This document shows positions 42,412 to 52,485 of a stretch of 64,000 nucleotides of DNA, piece by piece. The DNA is from an uncultured delta proteobacterium (GTDB lineage: Bacteria; Myxococcota_A; UBA9160; SZUA-336). Location: the NCBI GenBank assembly GCA_963704165.1, contig CAVPHD010000006.1, forward strand, positions 1-64,000. Direction: 5' to 3'. A program made the position numbers and the translations under genes. The notes beneath the pieces are model-generated. The model saw only the letters and a list, made by a program, of their open reading frames with translations, had not been told where the DNA came from and did no database searches. Numbering within the stretch: position 1 is the stretch's first letter; every line of letters starts with the position of its first letter.

Positions 42412-43847
42412 ATGTCAGACGACCCCGACGACGAGCGGCCGTTCGGAATCCTGGGCGGACGACGCTACCCGCGAGTGCCGATCGCGCGCGACGCGGCGAT
42501 CCTCCGCCGCGACCTCGCCTACGTCCACACCGACGCGATCGCCGCGAGCGTGATGGTCGGCACCGGCGAGACCTACATCGCCGCGTTCGCGCTCGCGCTC
42601 GGCCTCGGCGACATCGTCGCCGGCATCGTCGCGTCGGGGCCGCTGCTCGCCGGCGCGGTGCTCCAGCTGATCTCACCCTGGGCGGTTCGACGTCTCGGCT
42701 CGCACCGACGCTGGGTGGTGTGGACGGCCGGAGCTGCAGGCCGCGAGCTTCGTCGCCGCTGATCGTCGCCGCGCTGCTCGGACGGCTCAGCGCCATCGGC
42801 TTGCTCGCGATCGCGACCTTCTACTGGGCCACCGGCATGGCCGCGGGCCCGGCCTGGAACACCTGGGTCGGCACGATCGTTCCCCGCCGCCTGCGCGCGC
42901 GCTTCTTCGCGCGTCGCAGCCGCGTCGGCCAGGCGGCGCTGCTCGCGGGCCTGCTCGGCGGCGGCGCGATCCTGCACGTCTGCGAGTCGGCGGGAGAGAA
43001 GCTGATCGGCTTCGCGCTGCTCTTCGCGCTCGCGGGAGCTGGCGCGCGGCGTATCTCTGCCTGGCTGCTCGCGCACCAGAGCGAGCCGGACCCGCTCGTC
43101 GAACGCGTGAGCGGCGGCCTCGACCTCGCGCCCCCGCCCTCGACCCCCGGCAATCGCCGTCTGCTCGCGTACCTGCTCGCGGTGCAGACGAGCGTGCACA
43201 TCGCTGCGCCCTTCTTCACGCCCTACATGCTCGGCGAGGGCGCGCTCGGCCTCTCGTACGTCGGCTACATGACGCTGATCGCGGCGTCGTTCGTCTCGAA
43301 GATCTTCGCGCTGCCCTGGCTCGGGCACTTCTCGGCGCGGCACGGCGCACGGCGATTGCTGCGGCTCGCGGGCCTCTCGATCGTGCCGCTGCCCGCACTC
43401 TGGACGTTCTCGAACGACTTTTCGGTTCTGCTCGCGATCCAGCTCGTCAGCGGCGTCGCGTGGGGCGCGCACGAGCTCGCCACCTTCCTGCTCTTCTTCG
43501 ACGCGATCCGCCCGGAGGAGCGCACGCGTGTGCTCACCTGGTTCAACCTGGCGAGCGCGACGGCCATGGTCGTCGGAGCCGCGGCCGGCGGCTGGTTCCT
43601 GAGCTCGCAGGGCGCCGATCTGCCCGGCTACGCGACACTTTTCTGGATCAGCGCGGGAGCACGCGCGCTGACGCTGCCGCTGCTCGCGTGGATGCCGGAC
43701 ATCAAGATCTCGGCCCCGCCGCCGGCGATGCGCATTCTGGCGGCGCGTCCGTCCTCGGGCTCGATCGACCGGCCGGTGCTCTCCGACCGCGAGGACAGCC
43801 CGATCGACGGGCCGCCCGAGCCCGCCCCGCTCAGCGCGCCTCCGTAG
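42412..43847 (+). CDS. MFS transporter (frameshift near 42735)
   Basis: [42 protein letters not shown]; about 12 TM helices. Confidence 0.8.
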
Positions 43848-45379
43848 CGCGGAGCCGCTCGAGCGCGCGCAGCGCGCGCTCGTCGCCGGGCAGGAGCGCG
43901 AGGTGTACGCGGTACTCCGCGATCGCGTCGTCTCTCCGGCCGGCCTGCTCGAGGGCGGACGCGAGGTAGAGATGGCGTTCGCCGTTGCCCCCGGTCGAGG
44001 GATCGATTCCCAACGCGAGCGTCAAGTGGTGGGCGGCTTCCTCCGCGCGGCCGACGCGAAGCAGCACGAAGCCGTAGTTCGCCTGCGCCCGCTCCCAGTT
44101 CGGCGCGATCGAGACCGCGCTCGCCAGCCGCGCGAGCGCCTCCACGTCGCGCCCGCGCGCGGCCAGCTCGATTCCCGCTTCGGTGTCGGCGAACCAGTTT
44201 CGCTCGGTGACGTCCACCGCGCGCTGCCAGAGCACGAGGTCGTCGATCCAGAAGGCCAGCTGCGCGCGGCTGGTCGCGGCGAACGCGACCAGCGCGGCGC
44301 AGACGGCGAGCCGTCGCGACGCGGAGAGCCAGCCTCGTGCCCGGCACCGCGAAGACCAGCGCGAGCCAGACACCGATCTGTGGCAGGTAGGTGTAGCGGT
44401 CGGCGGTCGATTGGAAGCCGACTTGCACGACGCCGAGCGTCGGCGCGAGCCCGATCGCGAAGAACGCCAGCCCCGAAGCGATGAACGGCATGCGCCTGCG
44501 GAGCGCGAACGCGATCGCCGCGAGCGCCAGGACCGACGCGCCCGAGGCGATCACCGTGCCGAGCGGCCAGGTTCCCGGGTGCGGGTACAGCACCGCGAGA
44601 TCGCTCGGCCAGAGCGCGCGGCCGAGCTGGCTCGCGAGGCCGACGAGCGCGTTCGAGATCCGGTCGATGAGCCCGAGGTCGGGCGAGATCGCGCCGACCT
44701 GCGCGCGGAGCGTGACGAGCGAGGAGCCGAGCGCGAGCGCTGCGTACGGGAGCTTCTCGATGATGCGCAGGCCCCGACGCAGCGGCCAGAAGTCGAAGAC
44801 GAAGAGCATCAACGGCAACGACACGAGCATCGGCTTCGCGAGCAGCCCGAGCGCCATGCAGGCGAGCGAGATCCCGTAGGCCGCGAACGAGCGGCTCCGG
44901 GCGAAGCGCGTCCACGCCAGCAGCGAGAGCAGCGTGAAGCCCGCGCAGAGCAGGTCCTTGCGTTCGGCGATCCAGGCCACCGACTCGACGCGCTGCGGGT
45001 GCAGTGCGAAGAGCGCGGCGATCGCCGCACTCCGGCCGGTCGAGCCGGTGAGTCCCGCGAGCCAGAGGAAGACCAGACACGCGTTCAGCGCGTGAAGAAG
45101 CGCGTTCTCGACGTGCGGTCCCGATGCGCCCGTCCCGAAGACCTCGACGTCCACCATGTGCGAGAGCCAGGTCAGCGGATGCCAGTTGCTGGCGTGAAAG
45201 CTCGTGAACGCCCAGCGCACGCTCGCGACGGTGAGGCCCGCCTGGACCTCGGGGTTCTCGGTCACGTACTGCTCGTCGTCGTAGAACAGGAACGGAAGAC
45301 CGCGAACCGGGGCGTAGACGACGAGCGTCGCGGCGACGAGCGCGGCACAGACAACGATCGAACCCGCCCGGCGGCTCAA
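43831..45379 (-). CDS. TMTC-like GT-C membrane protein with C-terminal TPRs (frameshift near 44335)
   Basis: YDDEQYVTENP, SNWHPLTWLSHMVD, HPQRVESVAWIAERKD, ADRYTYLP, TPR-like tail. Confidence 0.8.
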
Positions 45380-45455
45380 AGCGCGCCCCTCCCCGCAGAG
45401 ACGGCAGTCTACAACGCGGGCTATCATCCGCCGACTCGAGCCGAGGAGATCTGCG

Positions 45456-46301
45456 ATGCGCTGGAAGATCGGAAACGTGACGATCACGCGGGTGGTCGAG
45501 GTGGAGATGCCGACGTCCGGCGACTTCGTGCTGCCGGACGCCAGCCCGGCGAACGTCGCGAAGATCCCCTGGCTTGCGCCGCACTTCGTGACCCCCGACG
45601 GGATGCTCCGGCTCAGCATCCACGCGCTCGTCGTCGAATCGCAGGGCCGGAAGATCCTGGTCGATACGTGCCTCGGCAACGACAAGAAGCGCGCGATCCC
45701 GGACTGGAACATGCGCACCGGTCCGTTCCTGAAGCAGCTCAGCGACGCGGGCGCCGCGCGGGAATCGGTGGACACGGTGGTCTGCACGCACCTGCACGTC
45801 GATCACGTCGGCTGGAACACGATGCTCGTGAAGGGCGAGTGGCTTCCGACCTTCCCCAACGCCCGATACCTGATCGGCCGCAAGGAATGGGAATACTGGA
45901 AGGGCGAGCCCGAGAGCCCGGACATGCCGATCATGAGCGACTCGGTGAAACCGATTCTCGACGCGGGGCTCGCGGATCTGGTCGATGCGGACCACAAGCT
46001 GACGAGCGAGGTCTGGCTCGAACCCACGCACGGCCATACACCGGGACACGTCAGCGTGCGCATCTCGTCGGGCGGCGCGGATGCGGTGATCACGGGCGAC
46101 ATGATCCATCACCCGTCGCAGTTCGCGAAGCCGGAGTGGGCGTCGAGCTTCGACTGGAACTCGGGGGTGAGCACGGCGACGCGGAAGTCGTCCTTCAAGC
46201 GCTGGGCCGAGGCCGGGTATCTCGTGATCGGCACGCACTTCGCCACGCCAACCGCCGGCAAGATCGTCCGCGACGGCGACGCCTGGCGCTTCGACGTCTA
46301 G
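45456..46301 (+). CDS. MBL-fold metallohydrolase
   Basis: THLHVDHVGWN, GHTPGH, GDMIHHP. Confidence 0.92.
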   Translation: MRWKIGNVTITRVVEVEMPTSGDFVLPDASPANVAKIPWLAPHFVTPDGMLRLSIHALVVESQGRKILVDTCLGNDKKRAIPDWNMRTGPFLKQLSDAGAARESVDTVVCTHLHVDHVGWNTMLVKGEWLPTFPNARYLIGRKEWEYWKGEPESPDMPIMSDSVKPILDAGLADLVDADHKLTSEVWLEPTHGHTPGHVSVRISSGGADAVITGDMIHHPSQFAKPEWASSFDWNSGVSTATRKSSFKRWAEAGYLVIGTHFATPTAGKIVRDGDAWRFDV

Positions 46302-46311
46302 CGGGGAACCG

Positions 46312-47220
46312 ATGAGCGAAGAGGTCACGAGCTTCCCGGGCGCGCGCCGCCCGGATCGAACCCGCCGCGTGGACGCGCACGGCGTCGGCATCGCCGTCTA
46401 CGAGTGGGGCAAGCCCGAGGCCAGACCGCTGCTGCTCGCGCACGGCGGGTTCGACTTCGCGGGCACCTTCGACGGCTTCGCCCCGCTGCTCGCCGACGGT
46501 GGATTTCGCGTCGTGTCCTGGGATCACCGCGGACACGGGGACTCCGATCACGCCGCGCTCTACTCCTGGCAGGCGGACCTGCGCGACGCGCTCGTGGTGA
46601 TGGACTCGATCGGTCACGAACCGATGCCGATCGTCGGTCACTCGAAGGGCGGCGGGGTCTGCATGCAGCTCACCGAGGCGCGGCCGCACCGGGTCGAGCG
46701 CTTCGTGAACCTGGACGGCATGCCCGGCAAGTCGCGGCACCCCGACGTCGCCGATCGCGAGCGCACCAAGCTGCTCGACAGCGAGCTCTCGAACTGGCTC
46801 GACTGGCGCAAGCGCGCCGGCACGCTCGCGCGCAAACCCGGCACGATCGACGAGCTGGCCACGCGCCGCGGCCGCATGAACCCGAGGCTCTCGCGCGATT
46901 GGCTGCGCTACCTGGTGCCGATCGGTGCGCGCCGCGACGCGGACGGCTGGCGCTGGAAGATCGACCCGTCGATGCGCTTCGGCGGCTTCGGCCCGTGGCG
47001 ACCCGACTGGTCGCTCGAGCGCATGCGCGGATTCCCCGTGCCGCTGCTCGCGATCCTCGGCTCGATCGAGGAGGAAATGGGCTGGGGAACGACGGCTGCC
47101 TTCCTCGAGCCCTACATGCCGCGCGACACGCGCATCGTCACGCTCGAGGACTCCGGTCACTTCGTGCACATCGAGCACCCCCGCCGCGTCGCGGACCTGG
47201 TTCTGGAGTTCCTCGCGTGA
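46312..47220 (+). CDS. Alpha/beta hydrolase with intact catalytic motifs
   Basis: HGGFD, DHRGHGDS, GHSKGG, GHFVHIE. Confidence 0.9.
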   Translation: MSEEVTSFPGARRPDRTRRVDAHGVGIAVYEWGKPEARPLLLAHGGFDFAGTFDGFAPLLADGGFRVVSWDHRGHGDSDHAALYSWQADLRDALVVMDSIGHEPMPIVGHSKGGGVCMQLTEARPHRVERFVNLDGMPGKSRHPDVADRERTKLLDSELSNWLDWRKRAGTLARKPGTIDELATRRGRMNPRLSRDWLRYLVPIGARRDADGWRWKIDPSMRFGGFGPWRPDWSLERMRGFPVPLLAILGSIEEEMGWGTTAAFLEPYMPRDTRIVTLEDSGHFVHIEHPRRVADLVLEFLA

Positions 47221-47873
47221 GCGCAAATCCCGTGCTCCTCCGACACAACCTCGTCGATCTGGCGCTGCACACGCTTCGCTCCGGCGACGGCGCGGCGCTT
47301 CTGCTCCTGCACGGGCTCGGCGAGCGCTCGCCCACGCGCATTCCGCCGGAGTTCGAGTCCTGGCCGGGACCGGTCTTCGCGCTCGACTTCACCGGTCACG
47401 GCGACTCGAGCATCCCGCACGGCGGGGGCTACACGAGCGAGATCCTGATGGGCGACGTCGACGCCGCGCTCGCGCAGATCGGCGCTTCGACGCTGGCCGG
47501 GCGCGGACTCGGCGCCTACATCGCACTCCTGTCCGCGGGCGCGCGGCCCCGGCTCGTGCGCGGTGCGATCCTGCTCGACGGACCCGGGCTCGCGGGCGGA
47601 AGCGCGCGGCCCGGCACGCCGCTCGTGCCGATGCCCGATCCCGGCGCCGTCGCCCCGCCCGATCCGTTCGCGCTCGTCGAGCTCGCGACCGACGTGCGTC
47701 CGCCCGACTACGCGACCTCGTTCGTGCGCCAGGCCACGCACCTGTCCGGGCTCGAGCGGCCGATCAGCGTCTGCACGCTCGAGCGCCCGGACTGGCTGCG
47801 CGCCGTGGTCGACGAGCCCGGCGTCGAGACGACCGATCTCGACGAGGCGCTCACCATCTACGCTTCGCGCTGA
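47217..47873 (+). CDS. Truncated alpha/beta hydrolase fold protein lacking the nucleophile
   Basis: GTG overlaps the upstream stop; LHGLG, LDFTGHGDS, but GRGLG at the nucleophile elbow. Confidence 0.8.
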   Translation: MSANPVLLRHNLVDLALHTLRSGDGAALLLLHGLGERSPTRIPPEFESWPGPVFALDFTGHGDSSIPHGGGYTSEILMGDVDAALAQIGASTLAGRGLGAYIALLSAGARPRLVRGAILLDGPGLAGGSARPGTPLVPMPDPGAVAPPDPFALVELATDVRPPDYATSFVRQATHLSGLERPISVCTLERPDWLRAVVDEPGVETTDLDEALTIYASR

Positions 47874-47913
47874 GCCGCGCCCCGTCCGAGATCCCGCGAA
47901 TCCGAAGTCCGCG

Positions 47914-49095
47914 CTAGTAGATCTCGAAGAGCCCCGCGGCACCTTGCCCGCCGCCGATGCACATCGTGACGACGCCCCACTTGGCCTTGCGGCGCTTGCC
48001 TTCGAGCAGCAGGTGACCGACGCAGCGCGCGCCCGTCATGCCGAAGGGATGGCCGACCGAGATCGAGCCGCCGTTCACGTTGTACTTCGACGGGTCGATG
48101 CCGAGCGTGTCGCGGCAGTAGAGGCACTGGCTCGCGAACGCCTCGTTGAGCTCCCAGAGATCGATGTCGTCGATCGAAAGGCCCGCGCGTTTGAGCAGCT
48201 TGGGAACCGCGTAGATCGGACCGATGCCCATCTCGTCGGGCTCGCAGCCGGCCGCCGCGAATCCGCGGAACGCGCCGAGCGGCTCGATGCCACGCCGCTT
48301 CGCCTCGCCGACCTCCATCAGAACGACCGAGGCCGCGCCGTCGGAAAGCTGCGACGCGTTGCCGGCCGTGATGAACTGACCCTCACCGCGGACCGGCTTC
48401 AGGCTCGCGAGACCCGCGAGCGTCGTGTCTGGACGATTGCACTCGTCCTTCGTCACCGTGTAGTCGACCTCGGACGTCTCACCGGTCTCCTTGTTCGTGA
48501 CGACCATCCGCGTCTTCATCGGGACGATCTCGTGGTCGTACAGCCCGGCATTCTGCGCGGCCGCCGTGCGCTTCTGACTCTCGAGCGAGTACTGGTCCTG
48601 GTACTCGCGGCTCACCTTGTAACGCTCGGCGACGATGTCGGCGGTCTCGATCATCGGCATCCAGAGGCCCGGGTACTGCGCGGCGAGCGGCTTGTCGACC
48701 TGGAGCGTGAAGCCCTTGCCGGTCTGGCTGTGGGTGATCGACTCGACGCCCGCGCCGACGACGATCTGCTCGCCGTCGACGATGATGCGACCGGCGGCGG
48801 TCGCAATCGCGTTCAGGCCCGAGGAGCAGTGGCGACTCACCGTCACCCCCGTCGTCGTCACCGGGCAGCCCGCCTTGATCGCCGCGAGGCGCCCGATGTT
48901 GTTGCCCGTCGTGCCCTGCGGCGTGCCGCAGCCGAGGACGACCTCGTCCACCTCGGCGGGATCGATGCCCGCGCGCTCGATCGAATGGCGGATCGCGTGG
49001 CCCGCCATGGCGACTCCGCCGGTGTTGTTGAATCCGCCGCGGTGGGACTTGGCGAGTCCGGTCCGCGCGGTCGAGACGATGACGGCTTCACGCAT
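47914..49095 (-). CDS. Acetyl-CoA C-acyltransferase (thiolase)
   Basis: [40 protein letters not shown]. Confidence 0.95.
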   Translation of the reverse strand: MREAVIVSTARTGLAKSHRGGFNNTGGVAMAGHAIRHSIERAGIDPAEVDEVVLGCGTPQGTTGNNIGRLAAIKAGCPVTTTGVTVSRHCSSGLNAIATAAGRIIVDGEQIVVGAGVESITHSQTGKGFTLQVDKPLAAQYPGLWMPMIETADIVAERYKVSREYQDQYSLESQKRTAAAQNAGLYDHEIVPMKTRMVVTNKETGETSEVDYTVTKDECNRPDTTLAGLASLKPVRGEGQFITAGNASQLSDGAASVVLMEVGEAKRRGIEPLGAFRGFAAAGCEPDEMGIGPIYAVPKLLKRAGLSIDDIDLWELNEAFASQCLYCRDTLGIDPSKYNVNGGSISVGHPFGMTGARCVGHLLLEGKRRKAKWGVVTMCIGGGQGAAGLFEIY

Positions 49096-49546
49096 TTTCG
49101 TTTCCTCCTGGATCGAGAACGACGACCGGGATCACGCGCGCGGCTGCGCGCTTCTGGTAGTCGGCATACGGTGGGTAGAGTTCGACCATCCGCTTCCAGA
49201 TCTGCGCGCGCTCGTCGCCTTCCGCGACGCGCGCTCGAGCCCGGAGCTTCCTGGCGCCGACCTGCAGCTCGCACTCGGGCTTCGCCTCGAGATTGCGGAA
49301 CCAGATCGGGTGATCGGGCATGCCGCCCTTCGACGCGATCACGACGTAGCTCTCGCCGTGGCGGCCGTAGATCAGCGGCAACGCGCGCGGCTGACCGGAG
49401 CTGCGTCCGGTCGTCGTCAGCAGCAAGGTCGGAAGCAGGCCGGGTCCGCCGAGCGCGGACGAGTCCCACATGTGCGCCTTCTCGGGGTCGCTGCGGTAGA
49501 GCGCGATGTGTTCCGCGATCCAGGGAATCGCACTGAAATCGGCCAT
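49088..49546 (-). CDS. Deazaflavin (F420)-dependent nitroreductase family (DDN/FDOR-A)
   Basis: LLLTTTGRSSG.PR..PL, IASKGG.PDHP.WFRNL, YADYQ..R.IPVVVL; GGAGG RBS. Confidence 0.88.
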   Translation of the reverse strand: MADFSAIPWIAEHIALYRSDPEKAHMWDSSALGGPGLLPTLLLTTTGRSSGQPRALPLIYGRHGESYVVIASKGGMPDHPIWFRNLEAKPECELQVGARKLRARARVAEGDERAQIWKRMVELYPPYADYQKRAAARVIPVVVLDPGGNENA

Positions 49547-49614
49547 GAATCCTCCGCTGGGGGGCCGAGTATGTGTCATCGTTCCGGCCGATGCACATCC
49601 TCGAAGAGGGGGCG

Positions 49615-50091
49615 ATGGACCGGCTGCAGCGAATCATGATCGGGCACGGCCTGCTGGTCATTCTCGTGGCGATGTTGGCCGGCTTCATGCTGATGTTCTC
49701 GCTGCTCGGCGGGTTCGAGATCTGGCCCGGTCGCTTCCTGCCGTTTCGCGTCTACGGGACGCCCGAGGGTTGGATTCGCGCGCACTCCGGCGGCACCATG
49801 AATGGCCTGTTGGTGATCGTCGTCGCGCTCGCCTTGCCGAAGCTGAACCTCGGAACGCGGATGCAGAAGTTCACCGCATATGGATTCGCCTACGTCGCGT
49901 GGTCGTTCACGGTCTTCTACTGGTTCGGAAACGCCGCTGCCAACCGCGGGCTCAGCGTCGGAGACAACACCTTCGGCGCGTCGGATTGGATCGGCGTCCT
50001 CGCGTTCCTGCCGGCCCTGCCGAGCGTCGTGATCGTCGTCGTGCTGCTGGCGATCGCCGCGACGGGTGTCGCTTCGGCACGTCGCGACTAG
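49615..50091 (+). CDS. Styrene-oxide isomerase (StyC)-like membrane protein
   Basis: GHG, GGFEI.PG, G.PEGW.RAHSG..NG, FY, NRGL..G.N.FG..D match StyC as I recall it. Confidence 0.8.
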   Translation: MDRLQRIMIGHGLLVILVAMLAGFMLMFSLLGGFEIWPGRFLPFRVYGTPEGWIRAHSGGTMNGLLVIVVALALPKLNLGTRMQKFTAYGFAYVAWSFTVFYWFGNAAANRGLSVGDNTFGASDWIGVLAFLPALPSVVIVVVLLAIAATGVASARRD

Positions 50092-50489
50092 CGCGGGTCG
50101 AGCCGGACGGAGAGCGGGTCGCTGCGCTGGACGAGGCCGTACCACCCATCGACCCAGCCGTACTTCGCGGCAAACGCGCGCTCGACCGCGCGAAGCTGCG
50201 CGTCGTCGCGGACGATCACGGCCGTACACCGGACGGTGACGCCCGCGCGCGTGAGTTCGACTTCGGGGTTCGCCCGAAGCTCCGCACCCAAGCTCCGAAC
50301 CGAGCGCGCGATGCGCACGTACGGGCGACCATCGACGTCGACGATCCAGAGCTTCGTTTCGTGCGGGCGCCCGGCGTCGTCGAAGCTGCGCAGCTCCGCG
50401 ACCTCCGTTCGCTCACCCGCGAGCCAGGCGCCGAGTGCGATCAGGAACAGGCCCGAGAGCGAGATCGACGCGATCCTGCGGAGACTCAC
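50088..50489 (-). CDS. Membrane-anchored split beta-barrel (DUF2255/FDOR-like) protein
   Basis: N-terminal TM; G.PHETKLWIV.VDG..YVR, LRANPEV, AKYGW. Confidence 0.55.
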   Translation of the reverse strand: MSLRRIASISLSGLFLIALGAWLAGERTEVAELRSFDDAGRPHETKLWIVDVDGRPYVRIARSVRSLGAELRANPEVELTRAGVTVRCTAVIVRDDAQLRAVERAFAAKYGWVDGWYGLVQRSDPLSVRLDPR

Positions 50490-50546
50490 CCCGCCAACTT
50501 GACTTCGCCGACGCTCCCGTAGAAGGCAGCGAATCGCTGCACCGGA

Positions 50547-50936
50547 TCAGCCGCCCAGGAGCCACCGGGCGACGACCTGACCGACGAGACACGCGACCAG
50601 ACAGCCGACCAACGTCGCAGCGGCGTAGCCGGTACCCAGAACCCACGCGCCGTCCTGCAAGAGGGCGAGCGTCTCGACGCTGAACGCCGAGTAGGTCGTG
50701 AAGCCACCGAGGAATCCCGCACCCAGCGCGATCCGAAGCCCGGGCGGAACCGCGTCGGTCTCGAGCGAGACGACGACGAGCGCGGCCAGAAGCGCGGATC
50801 CGAGCAGGTTCACCGCCAGCGTCCCGAGCGGGAGCGCGGTCGGGAAGCGCTCGAGCAGGAACGATCCGATCCAGTAGCGCAGGCCCGAGCCGAGTCCGCC
50901 CGCGAGAAACACCCACCCGAACGTCGTCGTGCTCAT
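50547..50936 (-). CDS. crcB: Fluoride channel Fluc/CrcB
   Basis: GGLGSGLRY, GTLAVNLLG, GFLGGFTTYSAF..E; leaderless TATGCT-N6-ATG. Confidence 0.93.
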   Translation of the reverse strand: MSTTTFGWVFLAGGLGSGLRYWIGSFLLERFPTALPLGTLAVNLLGSALLAALVVVSLETDAVPPGLRIALGAGFLGGFTTYSAFSVETLALLQDGAWVLGTGYAAATLVGCLVACLVGQVVARWLLGG

Positions 50937-50996
50937 CGCGCGAGCATACCCCTGCGGCCCGGGAGTCCGCCGCACGCAAAGTGCTAGGCTGCGCCG

Positions 50997-52421
50997 GTGC
51001 AGGACGTCAGCGAACTCGAGCCCGGGACGGAAGCGAAGCTCGAGCGCCAGAGCCTGATCGGGTTCTTTCGCGACCGCGATCACACCCGCGGCAACCTGCT
51101 CGTCTCGACGCTCGTGCTCGCGCTGCCGTCGATCCTGACGATGACGTTCTCGTTCGGCGTGTTCCAGGTGATCGAGCTCTCGTTTCTCGGCCGCCTCGGT
51201 GATCACGCGCTCGCCGCCGCGGGCTCGAGCGATCAGGTCCTGCGCCAGGGACTCATGCTCCTGGTGATGGGCATGACGGTCGCGTCGCAGATGATGATCT
51301 CGCGGCTCGTCGGCGCCGGGCAGGTCGAGGGCGCCGAGCACGTCGCAGGCCAGACCTTCCTGCTCGGAGCCGGTCTGGCGCTGATCGCCGCGCTGACGGG
51401 CGGGCTCTTTCCCGAAGCGCTCGTGCGCCTGATCACGAGCGACGCCGAGGTGATCGCGCTCGCGACGGTCTACGTGCGGATCGTCTTCCTCAGCTTCTTC
51501 GTGATGGTCGCGAGCCAGATCTTCTCGACCGTGCTGAACGGCGCGGGCGATTCGACGACGCCGATGCTGACCTCCTTCGTCGTGACGCCGGTCTCGATCT
51601 TCTCGCAGTGGGCGCTCACCTTCGGCCACGCGGGCTTCTCGCCGATCGGGATCGCGGGAATTCCGCTCGGTGCGGCGATCGGCGGCGCGTGCGGCGCGGC
51701 CGTCTCGCTCTACATGCTCTTCAGCGGCCGCTGTCGCGTGCACTTGCGCGCGCGCCACGTCGTTCCGGACTTCCCGCTGCTCGGCCGGATTCTCGCCACC
51801 AGCTTGATGCCCGCGGCCCACATGCTCGCGCGCTCGCTGATCGTGATGTTCTTCATGATCATGGCGGGCCGGCTCGGAGGAAAGGTGCAGGCCGCGTACA
51901 CCGTCGGACTCCGGCTCGAGATGCTCGCGATCATGCTCGCCTTCCCGATCGCGAACGCGTGCGCGACGCTGGTCGGCCAGAACCTGGGCGCGAAGAACCT
52001 GCGCCGCGCCTGGGGCGCGGTCTGGGCGAGCTCCCTCGTCGAGCTCGCCGCGCTCTGGCCGCTCGCGCTCGGCATCTTCCTGTTCCGGCACGCGCTCGTC
52101 GCTCTCTTCGTCGACGACGCCGAGGTCGCCGCGATGTCCGAAGAGTATCTCGCCTACTCCGCCGGGGTCCTCGCCTTCTACGGTCTGTACTTCGTCGCGT
52201 TTCGCACGCTTCAGGCCGCGGGCGACATGCTCTCGCCGATGCTCATCTCCGTCTCGACGGCGGTCTTCGTCGGCGCGCCGCTCGGCTGGTATCTGGCCAC
52301 GCGCACCGATCTGGGCGCGACGGGGATGTGGATCGCGAACGTGGCGTATGCACTGGTGAACGCCGGCATGATGATCGGCTGGCTGCTCACCGGACGTTGG
52401 GCGCGCAGACACGCGACGTGA
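50997..52421 (+). CDS. MATE family efflux transporter
   Basis: About 12 TM helices; LGRLG..ALAA, GAGDSTTPM, TLVGQNLGA; leaderless TAGGCT-N6-GTG. Confidence 0.9.
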   Translation: MQDVSELEPGTEAKLERQSLIGFFRDRDHTRGNLLVSTLVLALPSILTMTFSFGVFQVIELSFLGRLGDHALAAAGSSDQVLRQGLMLLVMGMTVASQMMISRLVGAGQVEGAEHVAGQTFLLGAGLALIAALTGGLFPEALVRLITSDAEVIALATVYVRIVFLSFFVMVASQIFSTVLNGAGDSTTPMLTSFVVTPVSIFSQWALTFGHAGFSPIGIAGIPLGAAIGGACGAAVSLYMLFSGRCRVHLRARHVVPDFPLLGRILATSLMPAAHMLARSLIVMFFMIMAGRLGGKVQAAYTVGLRLEMLAIMLAFPIANACATLVGQNLGAKNLRRAWGAVWASSLVELAALWPLALGIFLFRHALVALFVDDAEVAAMSEEYLAYSAGVLAFYGLYFVAFRTLQAAGDMLSPMLISVSTAVFVGAPLGWYLATRTDLGATGMWIANVAYALVNAGMMIGWLLTGRWARRHAT

Positions 52422-52485
52422 TCGGGCTCGTCGAAACGGGCGCTCATCCTGCGCGACGTCTCGCGATCCGGGCTAGACTTCGCGG

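Noticed and set aside
50937..50996. Fluoride riboswitch upstream of crcB
   Set aside because: The -10 box lies 6 nt from the ATG, leaving no leader, and no riboswitch motif is visible.
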